Source: the human T2T-CHM13v2.0 reference genome, Homo sapiens
Assembly (NCBI RefSeq): GCF_009914755.1
Contig: NC_060940.1
DNA: 64,000 nt
Direction: 5' to 3' (one strand)
Shown here in pieces: positions 12,770 to 27,412 of the stretch. Both the position numbers and the translations under genes were made by a program. Position 1 is the stretch's first letter, and each line of letters opens with the position of its first letter. Under the pieces are notes generated by a model. That model was not told the origin of the DNA and did no database searches. It was given only the letters and a program-made list of their open reading frames with translations.

Positions 12770-13753
12770 AGTTAAGGGCTGAGCCTTGGGACCCCAGAAA
12801 ATAGGTTCCTTTTCTACACATTAATCAATTAGCACGAACAAAATTACGAATGCAGTAGTCCTTCTGCTGTCAATTACAAAGACATGCTGCAGTGGCACAG
12901 AGTTGCTCTTTCACAAAGACTTTCCCTGGGCGTTGGTAAAACACCGGGGTGTAATAGAGCAGGCAGAATTTTCCTCCTCACACAGAAGAGATCCTGTAAT
13001 CTGCCTGAGGCCCCACAGCTCTCAGAGGCTGAGCCAGGGCTGGAGAAGAGCACAAATTGGGCCTCCAGCCCAGCACACATCCTGTCCCCTGGGGTGCTGA
13101 CTGCCATCATTGGCACTGCGCCCATCTGAGCCAGGCAGTCCCCCGGAGCCTCACAACAGCTCTGGGAAGCTAGTGTCATTCCTCAGTGCCCAGTGTTACC
13201 AGCTCACAAGTGGCCAGCCAGGGCTCCCTGGTTTCCACTCCGTGAACCGCCATGCCCTCCGTTCTGAAGCATATTCAGAGGCAGAACACCTGGAAATCAG
13301 GTGAGCTTTGGGAACCCCACATATTCTTGCTGTATTCTACTCCATCGTGTGAACCAAGAGTACAGAAGTCATCAGAGAGCATGACTTGCATCTGTGTCTC
13401 AAGTCTGTATCTAAAGGAAAAGTCCATAAAATCACCCAAGGAAACATCCTAAGCCTTTTCTGTTGGTGTTTTTTTTCTTTGCTTCTGAATCATTTGTTTT
13501 ATCAACCGCAAGTTCTCATTAACAGACAAGTGATAGGAGATGCCAAGGTGTGAAGGCCCCTTTATGGCAGAAAACCGAGAAACGAAAAATTCCTAGCCCT
13601 TAATTCTGTATGTAAGTTGATAAAAGTCCATCTTGATTTGATTTTTGCCTTAAAATCTCTCTGACTAGCTCAAAGACAATCCCCTGGAACAAGGTTTGGG
13701 AACCACTTCCCAAGAATTAGAGTGCCTTTGGGATCCAAGAAAATGAAATGCCA

Positions 13754-14148
<395 letters not shown>

Positions 14149-17064
14149 TTAGTTCGTGAGGACCCACTAAGAATGGGAAAAACCAACTGAATCAAAAGGC
14201 AGAGATGCAGCAATAATGGTGCCTCAGAGACAGGCAGAAGCCATTTGATTTTCCACGTGGCCGTTTCCTTCATGCTGCTGATGGCCTCTTCAAAGCACGG
14301 CAGCTCCTGGGGGCCAGGGTACGGGACCGCCTGGTGGAGAAGAATTGGGGTAGGGAAAGAATTGGCATTTTTTAAAGGAACTTTTACAATTCCAAGGAAG
14401 TGACATGACAAACATGTTGACGAGGGTCAGGAAAAGGAAGGTTGGCTGAGCAAGCGTTTACTAAGGCCCTTGATGAATCAAATAAACACTGCACAGGGCT
14501 TACAGAGAAGCCTGGGGTCAGGGGGAGGGACTGTGAGCAAGTCTTGCCAGCTAGTGGGCTCTGTGGTGCTTCTGGCTTGGCACATGCAAAGGTGTGGCTG
14601 CAGGGTAGGGATGAACAGAGAGCTGGGAAGCTCAGCAGGGCCCGATAGCAAAGCGCTTTGTGAGCTTGCCCCATGGTTCGAATTTTATCCTAGAAGCAGC
14701 AGGAAGCCATTGAAGGTTCTAAGACAGATCAGGGGACATGGGTGGCAAAATGGACTTGGGTTTTAACTGACTGGAGTTGGGAAGGGCAGAGGAGAAGGGT
14801 GGAGTGGGAAGGCCACAAGACACATTCTGGCCCCTTCACTGCATGCTCACAGCTGTGCGTCAGGTGATGCCCGTGGGCGGATGAGAAAAGTCCCACAGGC
14901 TGGGGTGCGGCCTTCCTTACCTTTCTCTGGCCATTTGCCACTTACTTGTACTATAGGATTATATTGCTTGTTTCAAAAAACCTAAATGACCACTGTTTTC
15001 ACTCAACAGCGTATCCTGGAGTGTTTTTCATTTTAGTTCGCAGGCGCACCCTCATTCGATTTTGACTGCTGCGATCATCTGGTCAAACCACTGTTCATTG
15101 AGCCAGTCCCCTACTGATGGATGTTTAGGTGGTGGCCAATTTTTTGTCCTTTAACAAATAGGCATCTCCAAGTGCCCTTGCGCAAGGGTTTCCTCAGGGT
15201 AAATAACCATGAAGTGAAAACAGAAATAGCTACGCTGAGAAACTAACAGGATTTGGTGACCAATTTGACTGAGGGAGTGGGAAGCCACAGAGCTAGCTTA
15301 AGGCAAAATCTTAAGAAGGCTTGGTTTCCCTCCCCGAATGTTCTCTGTGCATTTAGCTAGCAAGGGCATCTCGATGATCCCAACTTCTGACCCAACAGTC
15401 CTTGTGTGTCTTGTGGGTCTTGTTCTGTCCAGAAGGCCTTCGGGAGTTGTGGTGACTAGAAGGGTCCCCAGGAACTGGTGGGGGTCTCCGGGGTGGCCCA
15501 CTCATAGCTTGGCTTGTCATCTCAGACAGAACCTCCAAGCTTGGCATGATGGAGACACCAGTGGGTTCTGTTCCCACCTCCTGGCACCTCTGCTGAGGTT
15601 ACAGCTTTCTACACTTCTTTTCTCTCTATAACCAGAATCCCATGACTAAAATACAGTTTTCTTTATTTGCAGCTGTCCAGCCATGGCATTTAGTATAAAT
15701 ATGCTTTTCTCCAAAAACACACACAGTATTATTTTTTTTAACATCTCAAATTCCCAAAGGGCCAAAAGTCAATATTATCCCAGTGTGATAGGAATGGCTG
15801 TTTTGCAACATCTCTTCACACTTACACAGCCTGCTTGCTGAAGCCTCAGAGTAATCACAAAAACACATTCCAAAACCCATCAGCCTGGCTGCTGGATTGT
15901 TTTACTGTCTCTGTCACTCCCTGCTGTGAGCTCAGTCCTTGAAAGTCGCCGCCTCAGTTTCCATGTTGAGGGTGAGAAATTCACAGCGTGATTTGGGGAG
16001 CAGATGCTTCAACTGTATGAACTGCAAAGTTTGGACTGTGAAGTGCAGTGACTCCTCTGAAAATATTTGCTAGCTGGTAAAATTCAGGCTCATGGCATAT
16101 GTGGTCTACTTCTAGCCTTACAGACTTATTTAAGGTCCCAGGATAAAAATCCTATTTATTGAATGCCAACTATGTGCTAGGCACTGGGCTAGGTGCTTTA
16201 CACAAAATAAGGAGATAAGTATGTAAATACTGTATAAAGTTATTAGTCCTACTTTTATAGCTGGGGCAAGCAAGAGTCAGAAAGCAAGGTCCCCTGCCCG
16301 GAGTCTCAAAGTTCATCCCTGGAGAGGGTGCCTGCTTCTTCTACCTCTTCTACCGGCTTCCTGAGAACAAAAGTTATCTCTTGTCCTTTGTTCTTTCTCT
16401 TCCTGCTAAGTTGATTTGAAGGCTCTGCAGAGCTTCTGGGGTAACCTACGTGCCCCTTTGTTGTGGCTTTCTGAGCACGATGACCTCACCGGCCCACAGC
16501 TGGGTCTCCGGTGCTGGGTTCCAGGCACACTCCAGCCTCCTGGCTCACGGATGTCCTGTTGAACCTCACGGATGGCTGGGTGGCAGGAAGAGTCAGTGTG
16601 GATGGAATGAGCCTTCCTCAAAAACCCCCACCACCGCTCTTAGTAACCCGGAAAATGCTCTGAAATAGTTGACATTTACAAAGTCTTGGGCATTTGGGGA
16701 GAAAAACGTTCTTTTTTTGGCCAGATTTCCAGCATGAAGCCCAAGGGAAATGTCCACGGGCTCAGCACAGTGGTCTAGCATCTCAAAGCAGTGCTTGGCC
16801 TGGTGGAGGCCATGGCTTTCCCATCCTGCCCTCTCTCCACATCCAGCAAAGAACAAATGCAGAATCTGGCCTGTCCTCCTGTCCCCACCATGTCCCACAG
16901 AGTGGCCCTTTGTGCTGACCCAACACGAAGCACCTGAAAGGCTTGCTCAAGCTGCCGGACTTGAGCAGCTTGAAAGCCACCATCATCAGTGCACCTGCTG
17001 TGCCCAGGTGTAAGCCATTGTGTTGTTTAAACTGTGCCACAGCCCTGCCGAGGAAGCCATTGCA

Positions 17065-17290
17065 ATCAAGAGGCTAGGGCCACACACCCTGGAGCCAGAC
17101 CCCCCAGGTTCAAATCCACACCTACCCCTAGACAACTATGTGATGTCAGGAAGTTCTGTGAAGCTCCTGAGCCTCTGTGTCCCCTTCTTTCAAATGGGGC
17201 TGATGATAGGACCTGCCTCACACAGCAGGAGCTTAGCTGGGCCAGCATTTTACATGTGAGTGCTTCACGTTATCGTAGTGTCATAATGGC
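17065..17290 (+). mobile_element. MIR SINE fragment
   Basis: CTGGAGCCAGAC...GGTTCAAATCC...CTGAGCCTCTGT...AAATGGGGCTGATGATAG. Confidence 0.65.
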
Positions 17291-18319
17291 CACTGCTGTT
17301 GAGGAGGGAGCCAGGGCTCAGACGGATAGAGCTGCCTGCCCAAGGTCGCAAGCTCAGGGGTGGCAAGCCAGCACTCCCAGCTTCATGGCCCTGGCTGGAG
17401 TCACTTGCAGAGCAGTTGGCCTGGCTCCTCCAGGCTTTTCCGTAGGGTCCTCCCAAGTATTCTAGCCAGTGCTTTTGGGCTCTGCCAGCCATATGGACAG
17501 CACCAGGCAGGTAGAGTTCTGAGCACCTGCCCTGTTGGAGCCACCATGGAAGTCACCATCTCTGGCATGGTTCCTTCTTCCAGCCAGTGCACACCAAGTG
17601 CCTCCTGCAACCCGTCCTAGGCCCCCGTGCAGAGGACAGCTCACTCACAGGAGGCAGACATGGAAAAGGATGACCATGGGGCCAGGGGGATACCTGAAGT
17701 GGTGGGGGCCTCAACAGGGCAAGTCACCCAGAGGGTTCATGCCGCCAGAGCACGGGGTGTGGGGGGCACTGGGTTGTCGGGGACCGTGGGGGATCTGGAG
17801 GGGTGCAAGGAGACATGTGAGTTTCATTCTGCGTGCTCTGGGTGGCCTCGGGGCCGCGAAGCAGGGAAGTGGCTGGACCTGACGCATGTCTGTCCAAGCT
17901 CCTTGCACGTACCGTGTGGGAAGTGGATTGGAGACAGCAGTGCGGGGCCACTGGGGTCCCACCAGAAACCAGGGCAGCTGGGTGAGGGACGGTATGGGAT
18001 GTGGGAGGTGCCCTTGGCTAGCATGGTCAGTGATGGCGGTGGGGACAGCGTGCCTGGTTATGACAGATCTGCTCCTGAGAACGGCGCTGCCTCTGCACAT
18101 CGTGTAGCAGCTTGGGACAGGCAAAGCATTTCCCATTTGTGATCTCAGTAACCGCAGAGCGTAGTGAGGTGGGAGAGGCTTGAGAGGTGAGCTGACCAGC
18201 GCAGGTCACACAACAGGAAGCAGTAGTGTGCTTTGCACTTGGCCCCCACACTGTCCTGAGGTTGAAAGGTTTAAATGACTCGGGCACTGGGGATGTCTGA
18301 CAGAGCATTCTGTGAGACT

Positions 18320-18500
18320 CATCGAGCTGCCAGCACTGGGCTAAGTATCTCCACAGCCCAGGTTCACAGCAGGGAGGCAGGTATGGTTACTCTCCCTACT
18401 TACCGGGGGAGGAGGCTGAGGCCCAGAGAGGTGAGGTAACTTGCCCGAAGTCACTCAGTGGTAGGTGGTGTTGCTGAAACCCACTGCTAGGCCATCGGAC
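18320..18500 (-). mobile_element. MIR SINE fragment
   Basis: GAGGCCCAGAGAGGTGAGGTAACTTGCCCGAAGTCAC. Confidence 0.65.
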
Positions 18501-19091
18501 CCCCACAGTCTGCTCAGTCCAGTGTCCAGGGATCCTCCTCAGGGCCCGGGAACCTGACAAAATTCTTGGCCTTGCCCTGGGGGAGCTGTAGTTGGAAGCT
18601 GGGGGCACTGTGATCATACTTGCAGCCTCACATGCGTGGCTCCTGGGCACGCCTGTCAGAGCGCTGTGATCAAGCAGGCCTGGAGGTGCCTGTGCTTGGC
18701 CCTTGGCACTAAGCAGCTGTCTAGGCTTCATGAGCCGAGTGGCATTTGCCCGATAGGTGTGATGTGTCAACAGCTTTTTCTCCTGCTTTTCACAGCCCCG
18801 GCTGGCTCTGAGCTAGAACTCTTTTAAAAATCATAATAAGGCACTGACCTGCAGTGGTACACACTGGTGCAGCCCAGGCACAGGAGCCTCTGCAGTGGAG
18901 ATTTAAGGTCTGCTGGTCAGGAGCAAATTTAGAATCTTTCTGGAAGGTTCTGGGTCTGGCCAAGAGTGTAGTTAAGCCCTTCAGTGATGTGAGTTTGGGA
19001 CTTCTTTAGCTTATTGTCTTCATGGATCTACAGAGGTAGGCTTCTGAGGAAAGCAGTGGCTTGTCTTTTTATTCATTCCTTTTTCCAGTAA

Positions 19092-19391
<300 letters not shown>

Positions 19392-19619
19392 TATCCAGTA
19401 AACATTTATTGAGCACCTACTGTGTGCCACGCCCTGTGCTTGGGGTTGGTGACCTGGTGAGCTTGCAGTCTTGTGAGAGTGACAGACAGCATTCAACTAA
19501 TAACACCCATTACTAATGCATTTATAATACAGAGCCTGGCTGGTCTAGTAGGGATGGGGAAGACATCTTTGAGCAGGTGAGTGGGCAGATATCATGCCAG
19601 TCCTCGTTTGACCTCAGTA

Positions 19620-19840
19620 GGGATGGCACCAGGTTCCAGAGGCTGAAGAAGAGACCTGGTGCCAGCAAATGAGACATAGGGTTCATCAAGGACTTAATGT
19701 ACAGGGTCAGTCCAGTGGCAGCAGGCTGGGTGGGAAAGCCACAGCCGCTTGTAAAAACCATGCCACTTATATAGCAGTTTCCCTTAGCACCCTCCCCCTA
19801 GCAACCTCTACCTGGCAACCTTCATTTAACCTAAAACAAA
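19620..19840 (-). mobile_element. Possible ERVL-class LTR fragment
   Basis: TTATATAGC...CCTAGCAACCTC...CTGGCAACCTTCATTTAACC...AAACAAAGGGC resembles old ERVL LTRs; family uncertain. Confidence 0.35.
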
Positions 19841-21794
19841 GGGCTTAAGTGAAGCTACTGCTGTCAGCTGCATCTGCCGTCCAGCAGATCGTGGGAGTGT
19901 TCCTCAGAGCAGACAGGATAGGGAATAGCATGTGCAGGGGCGCCCAGGGTGAGAGCAGAGTAGGCTCCCCTGGGTCCCCATCGATGTGACACCTTCTGCA
20001 CTTGAAGCTGTTAAAGGCATCTTCCATTCATGCATTAGCTCATCGTCAGAACCTCCCTGGGGAAAGGTAGGCATATGTTCATTTTGCAGTTGAGGTTTTC
20101 TGAGGCTCAGGGTGGTTAAGTAACTTACCTGGAGTTGCACAGCTAGTGCACAGCAAAGCCAGTGTCCTATCCTGGCTTGGCCTGACCCTGGCCTCCTGCT
20201 CTGTGTTCTCATTTTTTATTCTTATTCCCTATCCTGTGTTGTTACTGATAAGGCTCAGAGGCCTGCCAGAAGGATCAGAACCCCATAATTATCAAGCCCA
20301 TTGGAGGATAATTCTAAGTCATTGACCTTAAATCTGCAAACCCAGAACCTTGCCTTGAGAGTGCCTCCTAGCCCTGTCGCTCGGCACTTTCTCAGAATAC
20401 TACTAGGCTGGTCATCTCCCAAGCTACCTTATCCACCTTAGAGTGAATACATCTCTGAAACTTGGTAGGGAACTGCACCCAAATGAGCAAATCATGCTAT
20501 CCCAGGAGAGCAAGGAGCTGAGTGAACATCCATCCTCTTGGGGCGTCCCTGCAGCCTGCAGCTGGACAGCGGCCTCAGTCTCCTGTTGCCAGGGGTGACG
20601 AGGCCTGCTCAGCTCAGCATAGCCCTTGGGTCAGCTCTTTGCTCCTCCAGGCAGACAGCTGTGTTCATTCTCCGTCCTGTACCTCCACAACTTCTGTGGG
20701 ACAGCCAACTAGATGATCAGGAAGCCACTCAACTGGAACCTCACAATGGCAAAGAAAAGCCACCCTCCCCTCAGCTGAGAGGGACCTACAGGCAGCCCTA
20801 ACAGTGCCTAGGTGCCCAGAGGCATGGTTCTTTTGGAAGTACGGAGCCCTCATGCCTGTAGGATCTTCCCCAGCTTGAGGCCCACGCCTGAGCCAGGCCA
20901 GCCCTGTGGTCCTCGGCCCTAGCTGTGCATTTTTAAAATCACCTTGAAAGCTTTTAGAAAAGCCCAACATCCAGGCCTAACCCAGTTAAGTCACAGTGAA
21001 GAGAGGGCCGTTGGTGACATTCTCTTCTGTAGGAGCAGTGGCTCTAGCGTGCTTGGGGTAGGAGGGATTCTGGGTATAGGAGTGGGATGTTTTGTGCGCT
21101 GGGGCCAGTTTCAGGAGAGGCCAATTCCACAAAGCTTGTCATGCCTTGGGGGACGGCTGTGCTAAGAACTGGGAAATGGGTTCTGGATGGCCCTGCCCTC
21201 ATGGAGTTCATGGTGTCCTGGGGCTAACTCACTTTTGTACCAGACCTAGAGCAGGGAAGGCTCTGGAAGGAAGTCTTAAAGGATGAGCTAGGTTTCACGT
21301 GGTGCATCCCGGCAGGGGGAATGAGCGGGCTGTGAAAACCACCATGTGCACATGGGTCCTGCAGGCAGCCTGAGGATAGGGGTCAGCAGGAGATAAAGCC
21401 ACGTGGGAATGGCCCCTGCTCCCGATTACCTGTCCTGGACTTGGTTGGAGGGCCCAGGGAATAGCTGATGGGCTTCAAGCAGAGGGCGAAGGTCCCACTC
21501 TACTCCGACCACACACAGCCCTTGGAGCGGGAAAACAGTCACTGATGGGGCCGGCCTTAGGGCGGGCTACCCGTGGGGCCCGATGACCCACACTTAGCTG
21601 GAAGGAAGAGGCAGCCAACAACACTTCCTTGAGTCACACAGCTGGAGCCCAAATCCACCCATTAGTCCAGGACCAAAGCCAATGTCATCCGCGGCCTCTC
21701 CCACTCCTGCATCCAGTCCCTCCCCAAGCCTGTCAGCTCTACCTGGGAGATGCAGTCATGACAAGGACCTCTCACCACCACACCTGTCTCCTGG

Positions 21795-22005
21795 GCAAAG
21801 GGCTGGGTAACTTCTTTAAGCAGCAGAGAGTCAGGCTTTTAGGGCCATATGGTCTCTGTCGCAACAAGCCTCTCCCATTGCAGCCAAAGCAGCTGTAGAG
21901 CATACGTTACCAAGTGGGTGGGGCTGTGCCCCCATCAGTCTTCCCTGGCAGGACAGCAGGTGGCTGGATTTGGCCCGCAGGGCATTGTGTGCTGACTCCT
22001 GACCT
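21795..22005. mobile_element. MER58A-like hAT-Charlie MITE
   Basis: GGCCATATGGTCTCTGTCGCAAC...AAAGCAGC...GGATTTGGCCC...GCTGACTCCTG. Confidence 0.7.
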
Positions 22006-22049
22006 TGGCCAAGCCTGGGCCGGTGGCTTTAAACTCAGCCCCACTGTTG

Positions 22050-22680
22050 CTCTCCTTGCCCTCTATGGTCCATTCTTAGCACCAAAGATCCTTTCAGGGT
22101 GTGAGTCGGGTCAAGTGTCTCCTCTACTTAGATTCTTCGCTGGCTCCCATCACTCAGATGAAAGCCAAAGTCCTCACGGTAGCCCCACGTTTTACACAGT
22201 TTGGTCCCTCTGCACTTCCTGACACTAACCTCACCCCCGCCATGGTCCCCTTGGCCCACTTCAAGGCAACTTAAGGGGCCTCTCCGCAGCCTTGACCTTG
22301 CTAGGTATGCTCCTATTTGGAGGGCCCTGACCTGGGTGGCCTCTGTTTGGAGAAGTCGCCCTGGGTACCTATGTGGCTCTGTCCTTGCTTCCTTCAGATC
22401 ATTCTTCAGACCTCACCATCTCAGAAGGTCTTGCCAGATATTCTATATAGTGGCAACCCTGTCCCCACTCCCAGCACTCCAGGGGTCTCTACCTTGCTCA
22501 TTCCTTCAGAGCACTCAACCTCTCCTGACATTTTCTACTCCTTGACTGGCCCTGCCCTGTCCCATCCCATTATCAAACTGTAAGCTCCAGGAAAACAGGC
22601 ACTGTGTTTTGTTTACAGCTGAATTTCCAAGTCCTGGGCTATACCAGACATATAGGTAGTGCTTGGTAAGTACTGGATAA
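22050..22680 (+). mobile_element. L2 3' portion
   Basis: GGCTCCCATCACTCAGATGAAAGCCAAAGTCCTCAC and terminal ACTGTAAGCTCC...TAGGTAGTGCTTGGTAAGTA. Confidence 0.7.
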
Positions 22681-23075
22681 ATGGATCGATGGATGGATAT
22701 TTGGATATAGAGGGATGAATGAATAAATAGATGAATATAGAGGATGGATAAATGGGTAAAGGGGTAGATGGATGAATGGATGTAGAGGGAGGGAGGGAGG
22801 GATGGGTGTAGAAGGATGGATGGGTATAGAAGGATGGAGGTGGAGGGAGAGGGGATGGATGGATGTAGAGGGATTGATGGATGGGTAGAGAGGGATGGAT
22901 GGGTAGGTGGATTGATTGGTGTACAGGGATAGATAGAAGCCTGGATAGATAGATGGACTGGCAGATGGGTAAATGGGTAGGTGGCTGCTGGGTGGATAGA
23001 TGGATAGAGGTGCAGGAATGGATGGGTGGATGGCCGGATGGGAGGGAGGGAGGGAGAGAGGGATGGATGGATGGT
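22675..23075 (+). repeat. Degenerate (GGAT/GGAG/GGGT)n purine-rich simple repeat, ~400 bp
   Basis: Direct observation. Confidence 0.9.
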
Positions 23076-23851
23076 GGAGCCAACAGATCTTTAATCCCCC
23101 CTTCTGTGTGCTAAACATTGTTCACTGGGGACTCAGGGGTTAGTCAAACAAAACACATCAGCCCCTTTGGAGCTCATGGGCACTGTGGACACCTTAGATA
23201 GTCTAGAACTTCCCACCATGTTTGGTGCCCTCGGAACTGGCAGATGCTGAGTTAATGTCCAGTAAGGGGATCTGACCCAGACCAGGTGTCTGGGAAGGCT
23301 TCTCTGAGGAAAGGATGTTGACCTGGGAGGAGGAGGTAGAGGAAGAGCGCCGAGAACCTTGTGTCCCAGACAGGGGCTGCCATAGACAGGAGAGCATTGA
23401 TGTCTCAGCCCACAGGCTGCCCAATCCCCAAGGAATGAATATGTTGCTGCCCGTTTGACACCTGGCAACAGTTTGGCTAGGCACAGAATTCCCCTTTGTC
23501 ATCAATTTCCGCCCTGGCCAGATAAGGGGAGCTGAGACCCCAGTCCTGTATCCCAGGTAGATATTCAGCCCAGCATGCCCTGCCGTGGCCCTGACTACTC
23601 GCATCATTAGTACAAAAGGAGGAATTTGACCTGGGATATTTTCCTGTAATGAATTCTTTGGAAAGGGAAAGTTCTTGGACTTGGGCCTGATTTGAAGATG
23701 AAATGTTTTGAGCCACGTGCAAGAGAATGGCCGACAGAACCTGGAGGGCAAGGTTCTCTGAAGGCGAGGTTCCAGGTTGTTCTGCAGAGCAGGGTTAGGA
23801 GTAAAGTGTTTGTAATCCCCTGCTGCAAGCTCTACTCAGAACTTCTTAGGT

Positions 23852-23995
23852 AGGGGATGAAAATGTTCTAAATTGATTGTGGAGGTGGTTGCACAACTCT
23901 ATGAATACACTTAAAGTCCATGAATTGTACACTTTAAATGGATTCATTGTACAGTATGTGAATTCTATCTCAATGAAACTGTTGTATTAAAAAAT
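23852..23995 (+). mobile_element. L1M 3' terminal fragment
   Basis: GGGGATGAAAATGTTCTAAATTGATTGTGG...GAATTGTACACTTTAAATGG...TATCTCAATGAAACTGTT. Confidence 0.75.
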
Positions 23996-24699
23996 ACAGC
24001 TCTCAACTTGTCAGACTGTCACAAAGCTGTCATCCGACAGCACATAAAGACCAGATTATCTCATTTGTGTCCCATTTTGATCATAAAATAGTTCAATGTA
24101 TGTAACATTTTCCTTAAAGCAGTCCAAATGTAAAAAAAGAAGTTGGAACCTGCAACACATTCCGGAATAATTTGGAAACCTTGATGCAATCCAGACTCAC
24201 CTGGCACCCTTTCTCTTCCCTAAAACGTGCCTTTTTTCCATTTCTTTTTGACTTTGAGAAAAAAACTCTGTTCTTACTGGTAAAATAGCCTCCTGTTTCC
24301 TTTTCTTTCCTGTAAATTATGAGATAAGTTTGCATTTCATACCTTTCCAGAAATCTCTGTTGATTGTGGTCTGACCTCAGATTCATGATTTCTGGGAAAG
24401 AAAGAATTAGAATCACTGCTGTGAACATTAGAAGTGCGGTGAGTAGTTCGTGTTGTGGATTTGAGATGGAAAACAGGTGACCAGTACCTGTTTGTTGTTC
24501 CGGAACTTATTTCCTGGTGCTGCTAGATGGTATGCCGGCAACCACGTCCAACTCATGCCAATGACTTTTAAAAATGTCATCTCAAATGCCACATGTTATG
24601 TCTTGGATGTAGTTAGGGCTAGTTGTGGCCTTTTTGTATGGTAGAAACCTCCACCTCCTGGTGGAGGAGGTCTGGAGGCACTAGAACTTGACAATACAG

Positions 24700-24920
24700 G
24701 TACTGTTTATTGAGCAATTACTGCATATCAGACACTGTGCCAAGCAAGGTTGTGTGTACTCTTCTCACTTAATCCTCACAATGATGTATGACATAGGGAT
24801 TATTTCCCCCATATTATGCCAGGGAAATGGAGGCTCAAGGCTACAATTTCCATTACACAGCCAGTCAGCATCAGGGCTGTGGCTTGAACCCATGTCTGTC
24901 TGCCACCAAAGCCCACCCTC
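24700..24920 (-). mobile_element. MIR SINE
   Basis: TTTATTGAGC...TTAATCCTCACAAT...ATTATTTCCCCCAT...GAGGCTCA. Confidence 0.65.
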
Positions 24921-25787
24921 TTAGCTTATATTATGCGCCTCCGTTTCCCTGTCCATACTCCAGCCTTTAGACTCCCAGGCCAGTGCTCCATCCCCTGTAT
25001 GGCCAGGAAAGCACAGCCATCTTGTAGGACCAGGAGCAGTTCAAATAATGAGCCAACGGCTGGCACCCTTTCTCCGAGCACAGCGATGCACCAGAATGCT
25101 CTCCCTCCTGTGACAGGTGATGTGCGCTTCAGCTCAGGCCCAGAAGAGCCACAAAAGAGAAGCTCCAGCAGTTCTGTGTAGGAGGCAGGATGTACTTCTA
25201 TCCATAGAAGGGCTCTCATGATTATTTATTAATTGTGAAAGGGAAGAAAAAACTAATAGAGTTTCCCGGAAAGGGATACAAGTTCAATATGATAAACTCC
25301 CAAAAAGCAATCAAAGGCCAAAGAGGGCAGAAAAATAAAGGACAGGGAGAAAGAGAGATGGTGAATCAAAGTGGCCAGTATGTTAGCAGAGGCCAGGGGA
25401 GGGGCCAGGCTTCACAGCCAGGGAGGTGTGGGGCTGTCGGAGCACAAGTCACCAGTGGTGGTGAGTCAGGCAGGCAGCGGGACTTGACCCCATGGGGTCA
25501 CTGAGGCCCTGGGGATGAGCTGATAACAGGAATGGATGGAACCGGTCAGCTGTTTTGCTATTACTGCAGACCCGTTGTATTAATTTTTGTGCATTAATAC
25601 ATGAACGTAGAATATTATAAATGAAAACTGAGAAGCTACAGGAAGAAGAAATCACAATCCTATCAACCCAGAAGAAAGCATTGTTAATATTTCTGTTTAT
25701 TTTCCACTTCTGTCTTCCCTGTTTTGTCTCTTTCTCTCATTTAAAAAAAAAAATACATGAGTTGATTGTTGATTTTTGAAAAAATCA

Positions 25788-26080
25788 GGCTGGGCACAGT
25801 GGCTCATGCCTGTAATCTCAACACTTTGGGAGGCTGAGGCAGGCAGATTGCCTGAGCTCAAGAGTTCAAGACCAGCCTGAGCAACATGGCAAAACCCCAT
25901 CTCCACTAAAAATATAAATAGCTGGGCATGATGGTGCCCACCGGTAATCCCAGCTACTTGGGAAGCTGAGACATGAGAATGGCTTGAACCTGGGAGGCAG
26001 AGGTTGCAGTGAGCCAAGATCACACCAGTTCACTCCAGCCTGGGTGACAAAGTGAGACTGTCTTAAAAAAAAAAAAAAAA
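25788..26080 (+). mobile_element. Alu (AluS-like)
   Basis: Full dimer with A tail. Confidence 0.92.
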
Positions 26081-26214
26081 TTGCAACATTGCAGGTGCGA
26101 CTTAAGACCCCATCAGTTACCACCCTTCCTCAGTCATCATTTGCCTTATTTTTATTTTTCCAGACCCTTCTCTGTGCAGTTGCATTTCATACATGTGCCA
26201 GAGCTGATGAACAG

Positions 26215-26540
26215 AACAGAGCCACCACCCCTTCTCTGCAATTCTGAAACCCAAACAGCTCTGAAAATCAAAATATTTTTCCTAACTCGTATGATGGCAA
26301 AACCAAAACCTGCCTTCAGGTATTTATGGGCGGGTTTATTAGAGTCATTGATGCCAGTAATTGTGAGTTTATGTTTTCGTTTCTGCAAAAATTCAGTGTT
26401 TGGTTTTAGCTGCTCACGACCCAGCTGACAGTGTAACGTAATACCTATGTGTGCCCTACATGGCCTTTTACCTCCTAAAGATTCTAAATTCCAAGACATA
26501 TCTGGCCACAGAGGTTTAGGATAAGGAGTTAAGTATGGAT
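26215..26540. mobile_element. Old TcMar-Tigger MITE (MER46C-like)
   Basis: ATTCTAAATTCCAAGACATATCTGGCCACAGAGGTTTAGGATAAGG resembles a MER46C terminus. Confidence 0.45.
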
Positions 26541-26948
26541 CTGTAATTGTGTTAAGGTTTGGGCTTCCCTTAAATAAAATCATAATTCTGTATACCCTGC
26601 TGCACCTTGCTCTTTTCAGACACCACTGTAAATCAGGAATCTGTGTTAGCACTTACAGATTTCACACATTCCTTTTCACGGCTGCATAGTATTCCAAAGC
26701 TTGGCTACTTGCGTTTCTTTGGCTGAGTGATTCAGTCATCCTAGTCTTTTTCTATCCCGGGCAGCGTTGCAGTGGGCATCCTTGGGCACACCTCTCTCTG
26801 TGTGCACGTGCAGTACAAGAAGCAGAACTGCCAAGTCACAAGGTTTTGTTTTCACAACATTGCCATCATGTCAGAAGCACTTCCCTGTACTGTAAAATGC
26901 CTCTTCTAAACTTCATTCTTGATGACTGCATAATAGTCCATTGTCTGA

Positions 26949-27412
26949 GTGTTAGTTTCCTGAGGTGGCCATAACAAAGTCCCACAAACTGGGTGGCATA
27001 AACAGCAGAAATTGATTGTCTCACAGGTCTGGAGGGTAGAAGTGCAAAATCAAGGTATTGGCAGGGCTGGTTTCCTCTGAGGGGTGTGAGGAGGACTCTG
27101 GTCCAGGCCTCCCTCCTTGGCTTCTGGTGTTTTGCTGGCAATCTTTGCTACTTTTTGGCTCATAGAAGTATCACCCCAGTCTTGCCTTCATCTTCACGTG
27201 ATGTTCTACCTGTGTGAAAATCTGCGTCCAAATTTTCATTTTTTAGGAGGCACAGACATATTGGATTAGGACCAAACCTAATGACCTCATTTTAACTAAT
27301 TGCATCTGTAAAATGACCCCATTTCCAAACGAGGTCACATTCTGAGTCTGAGGTACTAGAGGTTAGGACTTCAACCTAAGAATTTGAAGGGGACACAGTG
27401 AAACACAAAACA
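26949..27412 (-). mobile_element. MLT1 (MaLR) solo LTR
   Basis: TTAGTTTCCTGAGGTGGCCATAACAAAG...AAATCAAGGTATTGGCAGGGCTGG...AGGTCACATTCTGAG...GGGACACA. Confidence 0.85.

Noticed and set aside
15655-15700. Strong-looking acceptor giving AVQPWHLV*
   Set aside because: No canonical poly(A) signal or convincing donor nearby.
22613-23118. Pro/His/Ser-rich ORFs of 156-159 aa
   Set aside because: Translation of the (GGAT)n repeat.
24648-24667. CCTCCACC-TCCT-GGTGGAGG hairpin / CTCF-like motif
   Set aside because: An 8-bp stem is expected by chance and the CTCF match is incomplete.
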